DNA of 64,000 nucleotides, taken from NCBI GenBank assembly GCA_964507025.1, contig CAZDOK010000003.1, forward strand, positions 115,123-179,122. Direction: 5' to 3'. Position 1 is the stretch's first letter. Each line of letters opens with the position of its first letter. Origin of the DNA: an uncultured Anaerolineaceae bacterium (GTDB lineage: Bacteria; Chloroflexota; Dehalococcoidia; Tepidiformales; Tepidiformaceae). Positions 1-8,287 of the stretch are shown one piece after another. A program made the translations under genes and the position numbers. The notes under the pieces were generated by a model. It did not search any database, was not told the DNA's origin, and saw only the letters and a program-made list of their open reading frames with translations.

Positions 1-697
1 GCCAGTCGTTGGGGTGCTTGGGCGATGGCAAGACGAACACGCCCGAGGAGTGCTCGACGAGCGCCGCCTTGAAGGTCGCACGGTCGAGGGTGGCGACCTG
101 GGCTGCCATCTCGGCGACCGTCACGGAGGGTTCGATGTCGAGCATGATGGCGACATCGCCGAAGCGGGTGTCGAGATCCATCACCAACACCGAGTTGTCC
201 GTATCGCGGGCGATGGCCGTGGCGATGTTGGTGGTGATGGTGGTTTTGCCGATGCCGCCCTTGGCGCCGAAGACGGTGAGAATGGTGCCCGCGGCCTGTC
301 GCTGGACGACTTCGCCGGCGGTGGGGACGGTCCGCATCACCGCTTCGATGGCGGTGAGGAGCTCACCTACCTTGAAGGGATGAGCGAGCAGGTCGCGCAC
401 CCCGGCATGCATCGCCTGGCGGACCAGCGGGAGTTCCGTGGAGCTGGAGTAGGCGATGACGGGGGCTTCCGGGCGGATGCCCCGGACTGCCTCGACGGTC
501 TGGATCGCGCGCGCGACCGGCTCCTCGATGGATGCGAGGATGAGATCGGGTTTGAGTTCTTCGGCGAGGGAGGCGGCTTCGACGCCGTAGCCGCAATCGG
601 CCACCACGGCGAGCCGTGCGGGCGTGAGCATGCCCTGCAGCTCCTGCCGGAAGATGGGGTCCTCATCGATGATCATGACCAGCGGGTTTCGTCCCAT
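1..697 (-). CDS. cpaE: Tad/Flp pilus assembly protein CpaE/TadZ-like (pseudo-receiver domain + ParA/MinD-type ATPase); 3' end lies beyond the window
   Basis: Minus-strand reading from ATG 697-695 (GGGGAGG 6 nt upstream) gives MGRNPLVMIIDEDPIFRQEL. The receiver-like N-domain reads LILASIEEP at the phospho-acceptor position (Ser, not Asp), as in TadZ atypical receiver domains. It is followed by a deviant Walker A, VFGAKGGIGKTT, and MDLDTRFGD. The frame stays open to position 1, so it is absent from the ORF track. Confidence 0.85.
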   Translation of the reverse strand, partial: MGRNPLVMIIDEDPIFRQELQGMLTPARLAVVADCGYGVEAASLAEELKPDLILASIEEPVARAIQTVEAVRGIRPEAPVIAYSSSTELPLVRQAMHAGVRDLLAHPFKVGELLTAIEAVMRTVPTAGEVVQRQAAGTILTVFGAKGGIGKTTITTNIATAIARDTDNSVLVMDLDTRFGDVAIMLDIEPSVTVAEMAAQVATLDRATFKAALVEHSSGVFVLPSPKHPNDW

Positions 698-726
698 GCT
701 TGCCTCCCCTTTCCAGTCCTGTCCGG

Positions 727-1590
727 TCATCGGCGAAGCGCGTCGATGATGAGCTGCTGGAACGTGGGATCGGCCAGCGAGAGGAAGGTTGAGTCCTCGG
801 TCTCGACGACTTCCGTATCGCCCGGTGCGCGGACGACGAGCCGGATCTTGCCCTTCGTTTCGGCGAGCAACACCTGCTGCGTGGCCTCCGGAGCGAGCGC
901 GAGGGTCACCACCGTGCCTTCAGGCTCGGGTTCGGGCTGGTCGACCGGCGAGCCTTCCTCCGTCCCCGCCGCCGGGGTGGTTCCCGAGGCGGGCGCGAGC
1001 TGCCGTTCGAGCTTCTGTTCGACTGCGAGCACCTGGACGTTCTGGGCGATGGTGAAGGCGCGAGTCTCGGTGAACTCCTTGTCGGTGATGAGGTCCTTGT
1101 ACTGGACATCGACGACGGCGATGACATCGACGCGGTCGCCGGGGCGGGTGAGTCCGCCCGGGCTGATGACCTTGTCGACCTTCACACCCATGGCGCGCAT
1201 GCCGAGGGGCACGATGTAGCTGAGGCCGAGGTCGCTTCGGACGGAGGCGAGCTTCTCCTGGACAAGCTGCTCGCCGGCGTAAATGGGGATGCGTGCGACA
1301 CGCCCTTCGACCAGCGACACATCGGAGTAGGCGCCGCCGAGTAGCGCGTTGGCGGGCACCTTCGTGAGTTGCAGCATGTCCGCGGTGATCTCGGCGCGCG
1401 CGGCGATGTCCTGCTTCGCGGTGACGACGGTCGTCTCGGCGCCGCCGGAGGAGTTGCGGACGATTGGCTCATCGCCGCTATCGCGCAGGGCGGCGAAGAC
1501 GAGCACCCCGGTGGCGAGAGCGAGCAGGGTGGCGAGCAGGAGGCCGATCCGGCTGCTTCCTCCCATGGCGAATGTTCGTGCCTCTGTCAT
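727..1590 (-). CDS. cpaB: Flp pilus assembly protein CpaB/RcpC family
   Basis: ORF 727..1590. N-terminal TM helix IGLLLATLLALATGVLVFAAL, then SAF/RcpC-like segments (VVTAKQDIAARAEITADML, GRVARIPIYAGEQL, PGDRVDVIAV). ATG preceded by GGAGGAA. Lies between the tadG-like gene and cpaE. Confidence 0.85.
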   Translation of the reverse strand: MTEARTFAMGGSSRIGLLLATLLALATGVLVFAALRDSGDEPIVRNSSGGAETTVVTAKQDIAARAEITADMLQLTKVPANALLGGAYSDVSLVEGRVARIPIYAGEQLVQEKLASVRSDLGLSYIVPLGMRAMGVKVDKVISPGGLTRPGDRVDVIAVVDVQYKDLITDKEFTETRAFTIAQNVQVLAVEQKLERQLAPASGTTPAAGTEEGSPVDQPEPEPEGTVVTLALAPEATQQVLLAETKGKIRLVVRAPGDTEVVETEDSTFLSLADPTFQQLIIDALRR

Positions 1591-1614
1591 GGCGTTCCTC
1601 CGGCGGGGCGCGGT

Positions 1615-2766
1615 CTAGTCGATGAGTTGGACGATCTTGGTGGTGGCTTCGGGGTCGAACTCGATGATGCAATCCTCGATATTCCCACCGGGGCAGCGGT
1701 CCGGATCGAAGACGTCGAGGTCGACTGGCTGATTCATGATGAAGCGGCCATAGACGATGCATTTGTCCTGGCCGGACTTGATCTTGCAGTCCCAGTTGTT
1801 CTTGCTCGTGTCGTAGGTGTCCTCGCCAGAAACCCAGAAATACGCGAGCAGGAACTGGCCGTTACCCAACTGAGCGATGGGCACATCCTTGCGGCCAGGC
1901 TCGACGATATCGATTGCGAGCACCGGCAAAAGGACCACCGCACTTCGCTGGATGCCATCCGAGTACTGGTTCTCCGGTTTGCAGCGCCACGTTGATTCGC
2001 CCGTGACCACCGGCGGCTGGACGTCTTCCCACGTGTAGCAGTTGGTGGCCTTCGCGGCCTTGAGCCGATCCGTTAGCCCGTTGTTCACGTCGCCGATGGT
2101 CCCGCCGGGCTTCGTATCGATCAGTGGTGCCAGCCCACAGCCGCTTCCCGAGCGAATCGGGTTGGCGCTATTGCCGGGGCCAAGGTCCACCAGCCCGGTA
2201 TTACTGGTGCCATCGGGGCCGCCATTGACGGCGAGTTTGAGCCCCACAAGTGGCGGCGGATTGGTGATGGGGTCATCCGGGTAGTTCGCGGTGCCATCGA
2301 AGTAGGCCGTGTCCTGTACCGCAATGGGGACGACGCAGCGGATGATGTTGAAACTGGCGATCCGGGCCGTGGCCGTGGCGCGGACGGTGGGTTCGCCGAA
2401 GCTCAGCCAGCCGGCGAAGGCCGTGGCGGCCTTCTTCTGGACCTGGACCTGGACCTGCGTGTACTCCTCGCTCACCACCGCCGACACGGCCAGGAGGTTG
2501 GAGAGGTTGTCATCGGCGTAGGCTTCAGCGGCCGCGATGGCGGGCGCCTCGCTCGCCGCGTAGCCGTTCAGCTCCTGCGCGCCGGCGAGGGCGGCCGCGT
2601 CGGCAGCGTTCTGAAGGTTGCGGCGCTGGATATACACGGCGCTCGTTTCGACCACGACCGCGAGGATGGCCAGGATGAACAGGCTCATGAGCGCCAGGGT
2701 CACGATCGACTGGCTCTCCTCGCGGTCCACGCGAACCGCAGCCCCATGGAACGCCCTTCCTAGCAT
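1615..2766 (-). CDS. tadG: TadG-like Flp pilus assembly / pseudopilin-like membrane-anchored protein
   Basis: ORF 1615..2868 trimmed to ATG 2766, which overlaps the tadE stop at 2760. TM segment plus TadE/G-like N-terminal motif SIVTLALMSLFILAILAVVVETSAVYIQRRNLQNAADAAALAGA. The large Cys-containing extracytoplasmic remainder has no fold I recognise. Confidence 0.7.
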   Translation of the reverse strand: MLGRAFHGAAVRVDREESQSIVTLALMSLFILAILAVVVETSAVYIQRRNLQNAADAAALAGAQELNGYAASEAPAIAAAEAYADDNLSNLLAVSAVVSEEYTQVQVQVQKKAATAFAGWLSFGEPTVRATATARIASFNIIRCVVPIAVQDTAYFDGTANYPDDPITNPPPLVGLKLAVNGGPDGTSNTGLVDLGPGNSANPIRSGSGCGLAPLIDTKPGGTIGDVNNGLTDRLKAAKATNCYTWEDVQPPVVTGESTWRCKPENQYSDGIQRSAVVLLPVLAIDIVEPGRKDVPIAQLGNGQFLLAYFWVSGEDTYDTSKNNWDCKIKSGQDKCIVYGRFIMNQPVDLDVFDPDRCPGGNIEDCIIEFDPEATTKIVQLID

Positions 2767-3203
2767 GTCGCCTTGGCCACTGTATTGGTCTCCATCCGCA
2801 TGGTTGCGGACTTGGTGTAGCTGGTTGTCGAGTCGATGCCCGGCACGAGGCCAATGGGCGTGATCCACTCGTAGGTCTGGTTCGCGGTGACGGTAACGCT
2901 GCCGCCGATGGTTGCCGGGCTGGGGTCATAGGCCAGGGTGCCGACGGCCGGGGTCCCGGTACCGCCGTAGGTGGTGGTGACCCGGGCCCCGACGGCCGCC
3001 TGGGTGCCGCCGACGGCGGCGCAGCGCGCGCCTTCGCGAACGGCGTTGGTGAGGCTGACGTAGGAGAAGGCGAACAGCCCGCAATCGACGATGAAGAAGA
3101 TGAAGGCGAGCAGAAACGGCATCGCCAGGGCGAATTCGAGGATTGCCTGGCCGCGGTCGTCTTTCTGGTCTCTCGGAGGTTTGGCTATCACCTGATCAAC
3201 CAA
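2760..3203 (-). CDS. tadE: TadE-like pseudopilin
   Basis: QAILEFALAMPFLLAFIFFIVDCGLFAF is a TadE-type N-terminus. TTG start at 3203 overlaps the flp stop (alternative GTG at 3191). Position is between flp and the tadG-like gene. Confidence 0.75.
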   Translation of the reverse strand: MVDQVIAKPPRDQKDDRGQAILEFALAMPFLLAFIFFIVDCGLFAFSYVSLTNAVREGARCAAVGGTQAAVGARVTTTYGGTGTPAVGTLAYDPSPATIGGSVTVTANQTYEWITPIGLVPGIDSTTSYTKSATMRMETNTVAKATC

Positions 3204-3372
3204 TCAACTCATCGGTTGCGACGCGTGCCGCGTCCACGAGATAGTTCCCGAAACCCAGGAGCACGACGACCATCCCGATGGAGAGAATCGCGATCACTAG
3301 CGCGTACTCGATCGCGGCCTGACCGCAGGATTGGTCGATGACCTTCTGGGCACGGCGAACAACCCGGAGCAT
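3196..3372 (-). CDS. flp: Flp family type IVb pilin (copy 1)
   Basis: ORF 3196..3429 trimmed to ATG 3372 (AAGAGGA upstream); 58 aa. Flp prepilin motif G/QAAIEYALVIAILSIGMVVVLLGF (G/XXXXEY plus a hydrophobic helix). Confidence 0.85.
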   Translation of the reverse strand: MLRVVRRAQKVIDQSCGQAAIEYALVIAILSIGMVVVLLGFGNYLVDAARVATDELIG

Positions 3373-3442
3373 GGTTCGTCCTCTTGGAGTCTCGGGGGTG
3401 GGCTGGCTCCCGTGGCCGGATAAGCCCACCCCGTCCTACCTG

Positions 3443-3631
3443 CTAGCTGATGAAGTCGTCGACGGCGCCCTGAGCCCAGGTGATGGCCTGCTGGCCAAAA
3501 CCGAGCAGGGCGGCCATCAAGACGATTGAAACCGCCGCCACGATGAGCGCGTACTCGATCACCGTCTGGCCTTCTTCTCGGGGCCCCCGCGCCTGCGTCC
3601 AGGCCACTGCCTTCAAGATGAGATTCCGCAT
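3443..3631 (-). CDS. flp: Flp family type IVb pilin (copy 2)
   Basis: ORF 3443..3898 trimmed to ATG 3631 (CAGGAGG upstream); 62 aa. Motif G/QTVIEYALIVAAVSIVLMAALLGF. Confidence 0.85.
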   Translation of the reverse strand: MRNLILKAVAWTQARGPREEGQTVIEYALIVAAVSIVLMAALLGFGQQAITWAQGAVDDFIS

Positions 3632-3646
3632 TTGATTTGCCTCCTG

Positions 3647-3673
3647 TGTACTCTTCCCTGCGGGAATCGTTCC
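3647..3673 (-). promoter_or_regulatory. Candidate ECF-type promoter upstream of flp copy 2 (GGAAC-N17-GTACA)
   Basis: On the minus strand, GGAAC (3673-3669) is followed after 17 nt by GTACA (3651-3647), which ends 15 nt before the flp ATG. The motif was read by eye only and the -10 is not a canonical CGTC. Confidence 0.2.
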
Positions 3674-3728
3674 GTCCGCTCGTTGCGCCTGACCGGCAAC
3701 GCGCCAGCGGACCTGCGCGTTGTCGGTG

Positions 3729-4031
3729 CTAACAGGCCTCCGGGCGGATCCAGAGGGGTGGGAGATAGGGGAGGCGATGTAGCGCGATGCGCCGCACCAG
3801 TCCCCGCCGGGCCGTGGCGATCCGCTGCCACAGTTGCTCCTTGCGCGGGCGCTGGAGCCGCGCGGTGTGCCCGGCCAGCTCATGGAGCCGCTCAGCAACG
3901 TCCATGAGTGCCGTGAGCTCGTTCCGCACGCGCGGTTCCGCGGGCAGGGCGCTTTCCCACGACGCCCCGGCCAGGAGATGATCGATGCAGCGGTCCAGGA
4001 GGACTTCCCGGGTTGACTCAGGCCGTGACAT
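3729..4031 (-). CDS. Hypothetical protein; possible sigma-factor partner (anti-sigma-like by position only)
   Basis: ORF 3729..4046 trimmed to ATG 4031, overlapping the ECF sigma stop (4018) by 14 nt. 100 aa, helical-looking. I found no TM segment and no zf-HC2 motif, so the function is inferred only from translational coupling. Confidence 0.35.
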   Translation of the reverse strand: MSRPESTREVLLDRCIDHLLAGASWESALPAEPRVRNELTALMDVAERLHELAGHTARLQRPRKEQLWQRIATARRGLVRRIALHRLPYLPPLWIRPEAC

Positions 4032-4632
4032 GGATTGGCTCCCCATCGAGTAACTTCCGCAGGCGGCTGAGCGCCCGGAATTGGACCGCCCGCACGGCGT
4101 TGGCGTTCCGTCCTATTCGACGCGCCACTTCTTCGTGGTGGAGGCCTTCGAAAAAGCGTAGGAAGACGACCTGCTGCTGTTCGGCGGTGAGCCGCCGGAT
4201 GGCTTCCTGCAGGCGCCTCGCTTCCAGGCCGGCGAACAGTTCACCTTCGGGGCCGGCGCCGGGATCCTCCGGTTCGCTGGCTGCTTCGAGGCCCGCGACG
4301 TCGCGGGTGGAGCGCAGCACGCTCATGGCCGAGTTGTGCGCGATCGAGAGGAGCCACGGTTGGGCGCTCGCTTCATCGCGGAGGGCGTGGCGGTTGCGCC
4401 AGGCCTTGAGGTAGACGTCAGCGGTGACGTCCTGGGCCCGGTCGGCGTCGCGGACGAGCACACAGGCGTAGCGATAAACGCTGTCCACCGTGCGCTCGTA
4501 GAGAGCACTGAACCAGAGCGTATCGCGGATCGTGGCGGTGCTCGATTTCGCGCGATTCGCCGAAGACGGCTTGATGACCGCAGCAGCGCTTGCCATGACT
4601 CCCCCGCCTGCGCCGGCAGCGACTCGACTCAC
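4018..4632 (-). CDS. ECF-type RNA polymerase sigma-70 family factor
   Basis: Region 2 (VYRYACVLVRDADRAQDVTADVYLKAWRNRHALRDEASAQPWLLSIAHN) and region 4 HTH (LTAEQQQVVFLRFFEGLHHEEVARRIGRNANAVRAVQFRALSRLR). GTG start at 4632; alternative ATG at 4596. Confidence 0.85.
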   Translation of the reverse strand: MSRVAAGAGGGVMASAAAVIKPSSANRAKSSTATIRDTLWFSALYERTVDSVYRYACVLVRDADRAQDVTADVYLKAWRNRHALRDEASAQPWLLSIAHNSAMSVLRSTRDVAGLEAASEPEDPGAGPEGELFAGLEARRLQEAIRRLTAEQQQVVFLRFFEGLHHEEVARRIGRNANAVRAVQFRALSRLRKLLDGEPIHVTA

Positions 4633-4736
4633 CGGATCGGCGCCTGTACGGGTAAGACGCGTGGTTCACTGGTTTGTTACGGGTTCTTCACCGAATTTCT
4701 CAGGGTTTTCCCTATATGAGGCAGTTCACACTGGCC

Positions 4737-6353
4737 TCACTCAGCGAGGTCAGTGCGGCGGAACGCTGTGCCTCCGGGCTCATCGAAGATGAGTTGGAAC
4801 TCCGCCGAGTGTCGGAGGGTCCACCGGAGCATGGCGCAGCAGTCCCGGTCGTCACCATCGGTGCCGCCTAGCCGTCTGTAGGGCTGGCGAGGAATGAACA
4901 CGTGGTCGAAATGGAGGTGGTGCCTGGCGCTCCACCGTTCCAGGCATGATGGGTCCTCGCCGGCGCACTTCTGCAAGTCCTCGTAGGCCTTGATGCGCCG
5001 AGCGAACTCGCCTCCCGAAAGCCACTCGGTGCCCTGTACGGTGGCCACGCTGATTCGCTCGCTGAGGACAGGGAACCATTCGGAGAGCGCATCGAGCGCC
5101 CAGTGTTGCTGGCCCGTCACTACTAACACGGTGGCGGAGGGAGGGGTCTCTAGCTGCAACCGGTAAGCAGCATGGCGTGCTTCCGGCCCAACAGCACGCA
5201 GCGGCGAGGCTCCCGTCACGGGGGCGAACAGCGCCCCAAGAAGGATGAAGCCCATGATGGCGTACATTCCGAGCCGCTCCACCAGGACGAGTCGCGAGAA
5301 CTCGGGGTGGAAGTCGGCCTCGTGCAGCCGGGTGCCGCTCAGAAGCGGCAGCACAACCCGAAACATCGCCTTCGCGCCCAGCAACGCCGCCGGGATCGTG
5401 GCAAGGGTCTCGGCCTTCCTGGGATCGAGAACCAGGACAGCAACGACCCACACGGGAAGAAGCCACTCCCGGCGACCGACGCACCAGGCGAAGCCCACAC
5501 CGCCAAGCGCGGCAACGAGCGGGAAAAGGGGCTCACTGAACGCGGATGGGCCCAGCACCTGCGCCATGGCAGGGCCGTGGGTACCCGTTTGCGAGGCTGC
5601 GAAGAGGGGATCCGGCCCGAGGCGTGCGACGACCCACAGGAGCCATGGACTCACCACGGCTGCGGCCACAATCGCTGAGACGCCCATCCGGCCGGCAACA
5701 GTCCGCCTTTCGTGGCTCAGCACGGCGAAGACCACAGCCGAATAGCAAACGAACAGGCCCATCTGCGGATGCGCGAGCACGGCAGAGCCGGCGGCCATGC
5801 CGGAACCGGCGATTGCGAGGCGGCTCCTGCTCCCCCGCGCGATCCGATACAGGAAAACGAGGGCGACCAATGCGAAGAACAGCCCCGGTGCCCGTGTCAA
5901 TCCCCCACCTCCGATTTCCCAGTCGAAACTGCGGGGGACCAGGGCGAAGAACCAGGCTGCAACGAACGACTCTGCACGTCCGGCCAACTCTCTGGCGAGC
6001 AGGTAGCACACACCGACCGTTGCAGTGCTGAACACGGTTGGCAGAATGCGTTGAGCCGTCTGCGTCTCGGTGCCGGTGAGTGCCTCGAACAGGCGCGCCA
6101 GGTAGAACGCGAGGGGCGGGTAGGCAAAGGGGATGCCGGCGCCGTTGTAGCTGAGTTCCCGTGGAACACGCCAGGAATTGGCCTGGATGTCGGACACCGC
6201 GGCATAGAACATGCCGCCGTCATTCATGGGAAAGCCGGCATCCAGTACGAAGCTGGCACGAACGGCGCCGGCGGCAGCGATCGCCCCCATTAAGAACAGG
6301 AGGTCGGGCCGGCGTCCCCTGAGCCAGTCTGCGCTCGAGGTCAGAGCTGACAC
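4737..6353 (-). CDS. Polytopic membrane protein, GT-C-fold glycosyltransferase-like (ArnT/PMT family resemblance) with a C-terminal soluble domain
   Basis: ORF 4737..6782 trimmed to GTG 6353, which overlaps the stop of the upstream vWA-FHA gene (alternative ATG at 6290). About 11 hydrophobic helices. First loop reads FPMNDGGMFY, followed by YPPLAFYL, which resembles the (H/K)PPL motif of GT39/GT83 enzymes. The N-terminal 140 codons of the track ORF are Arg-rich and overlap the upstream gene. Confidence 0.5.
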   Translation of the reverse strand: MSALTSSADWLRGRRPDLLFLMGAIAAAGAVRASFVLDAGFPMNDGGMFYAAVSDIQANSWRVPRELSYNGAGIPFAYPPLAFYLARLFEALTGTETQTAQRILPTVFSTATVGVCYLLARELAGRAESFVAAWFFALVPRSFDWEIGGGGLTRAPGLFFALVALVFLYRIARGSRSRLAIAGSGMAAGSAVLAHPQMGLFVCYSAVVFAVLSHERRTVAGRMGVSAIVAAAVVSPWLLWVVARLGPDPLFAASQTGTHGPAMAQVLGPSAFSEPLFPLVAALGGVGFAWCVGRREWLLPVWVVAVLVLDPRKAETLATIPAALLGAKAMFRVVLPLLSGTRLHEADFHPEFSRLVLVERLGMYAIMGFILLGALFAPVTGASPLRAVGPEARHAAYRLQLETPPSATVLVVTGQQHWALDALSEWFPVLSERISVATVQGTEWLSGGEFARRIKAYEDLQKCAGEDPSCLERWSARHHLHFDHVFIPRQPYRRLGGTDGDDRDCCAMLRWTLRHSAEFQLIFDEPGGTAFRRTDLAE

Positions 6354-8287
6354 GAATTGAGCCCCTCCAATAGCAGTTCGCTTGTGCCGATGCGTATGCG
6401 CGCATCGGTTCCAGCCAGGGCGGAACGGACAACCGTGCCATCGACCTCCATCCGTGCCGTGGGCGTCGAGGCGTTCAGGCGGCCGTCGCGCGAAATGACG
6501 AAGTGCGCGGGCTGCACGGCGGGGTCGGAGAGGCGGATCGAGCAGAAACTCGCGCGTCCGACCAGTTCGACATCGTCGCGAAGCTCGAAGACTCGCCCGG
6601 CATCCGGTCCCGCGACCACGGTCATCCGGCCCCACGGGCCGGGAGTATCCCCTGGTGCCGCCTCCCGTGGCTCTTCGCCGTGGCCTCCCCGCCGGAGCTC
6701 GGCCCACTCCGCCAGCTGGTTCCCGACACCGGAGACGTCGATCGGTCGTGGTCGCGCGCGGAACGACGAAACGGCGCGCCATCCGCCGTATGCCCCACCG
6801 CCGGCCGCCGCCACGATCGCGACGACGAGCAGCGCGTAGGCCGCGTAGTTGGGGCCCGGCTCGCCCGGGGCGGTGAACCCGTACACCTCCTCTACCGCCC
6901 CGGCCGCGTTGGTGACGACCACACGGACCTGGTGGTCGCCGGGCTCGAAGTCGCGCTCGGGGAGGATGAACTCAAACGGAGGGGACTGGAGCGTTTGGAC
7001 CTCCTCGCCATCGACCCAGAAGGCCACGCTCACGGGCCCCGGCTGCGCCGTGATGGTGAGCCGCAGCAGGTCGCCCGGTTGCAGGTTGGGGACCTCGCGC
7101 GGCGCCACGAGCACCGGAGGCAGGGCCGCTACGCGGAACGTGCGCGTGAGCGTTTCCTCGCCGGGGACGGCCACGCTGAGTGCGTGTGTCGCTGAAGGGT
7201 CGAGGAGGTATGGGTCGAGCCGGACCGACCTGCCGCCGGGCAGTGAATCGATCGCCTCGCCATCGAGAGCGAAGTCCACTGTGGCCCCAGCTGCCACGCC
7301 AGAGACCGACACGATCGTCTCCTGCGCGAGCACGCCAGGGACTTCGTCTATTTCGACCCCGCGCGGAGGTGGGCCTGCGGTTTCGAACGATGCCGCGCCA
7401 GTCAGCCCTCCGGCCGTGACCGTGATGCGGTGTGACCCGCCGGGGAGGTTCGCCGGGAGCGGCACGACCACGGTGTATTGCTGGCGGAGCCGGTCGGAGA
7501 TGCGCGCGTAGAGCCCGGAGAGCTGGGCGGGATCGGTCGCGGCGAAGTACTGGCCGTTGGTCGTGCTGGCGAGGCTCGTCAGGAATTGCTGGTCGACCTC
7601 CTGGCCGAGGCCGACCACGAAGAACGCCACGCCGGCGGAGCGCGCCGATTCGAGGGCCTGTTCTCGGGTGATCCCGCCGGAGGCGGCACCGAAGTCCTCG
7701 CCATCGGAAAGGAGCACCACGGTCCGGCGGGGTTGTGGCGCGGCCGCGGCCAGCTCCGAGGCGCGAACAACCCCTGCGAAGAGCGCCGTGTTGCCCGTGG
7801 CGGTCATCGCTTCGATGGCCGCCGAGAGGGTCCCCGTCTCGCCCGTGAGCGGGACCGGCACGCTCACCGACTGGGCGAAGGTCAGCAGGGCAGCCTGGTC
7901 GTTCGCCTGCATGGCGTTGACCAGCGGGAGGATGGCCTGCCTGGCGGAAGCGAGCGACGTCCCCTGCATGCTGCCGCTGGTATCGACCGCGAGGATGATG
8001 CCGACGGGAAGGGCGGCGTCGAGCCCCGTGGAGACGGTTTCGGGAGTCACTGCCGCGCCGTCGACGGTCACGCCGAACGATTCGGCCGCGAGTCCCGCGA
8101 CGGGGTTGCTCGCACCATCGAGGACGGCGAGGGAGAGCGTGAGCTGGCGCTCTTCCACGCGGACGGCGACCACATCGAGCCGCGCCGGCGATTGCTGTGC
8201 CTGTGACCAGCCGGATGGGACGGCAGCGAGGCACATCACCAGGAGCACGATGATCGTTCGTGGCCGCCGGGTTCGGGGCGTGTTCAC
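6341..8287 (-). CDS. Secreted vWA domain - Ig-like region - single TM - cytoplasmic FHA domain protein
   Basis: Signal peptide MNTPRTRRPRTIIVLLVMCLAAVPSGWSQA. vWA MIDAS motif ILAVDTSGSM with downstream TGNTAL and LLSDGED. TM helix YAAYALLVVAIVAAAGGGAYGGW. C-terminal FHA (VFELRDDVELVGRASFCSIRLSDPAVQPAHFVISRDG). GTG start overlaps the M23 gene stop (GTGA). Confidence 0.85.
   Translation of the reverse strand: MNTPRTRRPRTIIVLLVMCLAAVPSGWSQAQQSPARLDVVAVRVEERQLTLSLAVLDGASNPVAGLAAESFGVTVDGAAVTPETVSTGLDAALPVGIILAVDTSGSMQGTSLASARQAILPLVNAMQANDQAALLTFAQSVSVPVPLTGETGTLSAAIEAMTATGNTALFAGVVRASELAAAAPQPRRTVVLLSDGEDFGAASGGITREQALESARSAGVAFFVVGLGQEVDQQFLTSLASTTNGQYFAATDPAQLSGLYARISDRLRQQYTVVVPLPANLPGGSHRITVTAGGLTGAASFETAGPPPRGVEIDEVPGVLAQETIVSVSGVAAGATVDFALDGEAIDSLPGGRSVRLDPYLLDPSATHALSVAVPGEETLTRTFRVAALPPVLVAPREVPNLQPGDLLRLTITAQPGPVSVAFWVDGEEVQTLQSPPFEFILPERDFEPGDHQVRVVVTNAAGAVEEVYGFTAPGEPGPNYAAYALLVVAIVAAAGGGAYGGWRAVSSFRARPRPIDVSGVGNQLAEWAELRRGGHGEEPREAAPGDTPGPWGRMTVVAGPDAGRVFELRDDVELVGRASFCSIRLSDPAVQPAHFVISRDGRLNASTPTARMEVDGTVVRSALAGTDARIRIGTSELLLEGLNSCQL

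Noticed and set aside
14-1219. 401-aa plus-strand ORF at the left edge of the window.
   Set aside because: It is antisense to the well-supported cpaE and cpaB genes. Its composition is Gly/Arg/Asp-rich with no motifs, which is typical of a high-GC shadow ORF.
4633-4736. Possible autoregulatory ECF promoter (GAAC ... CGTC) upstream of the sigma factor gene, in the lower-GC spacer.
   Set aside because: The GAAC and CGTC elements are separated by about 23 nt, or by 5 nt for the second GAAC. Neither fits the 16-17 nt spacing of ECF promoters.
6354-6782. N-terminal extension of the GT-C-like ORF (track start 6782).
   Set aside because: It overlaps the 3' end of the vWA-FHA gene in another frame and is Arg-rich. 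GTG 6353 gives a stop/start overlap consistent with the rest of the operon.
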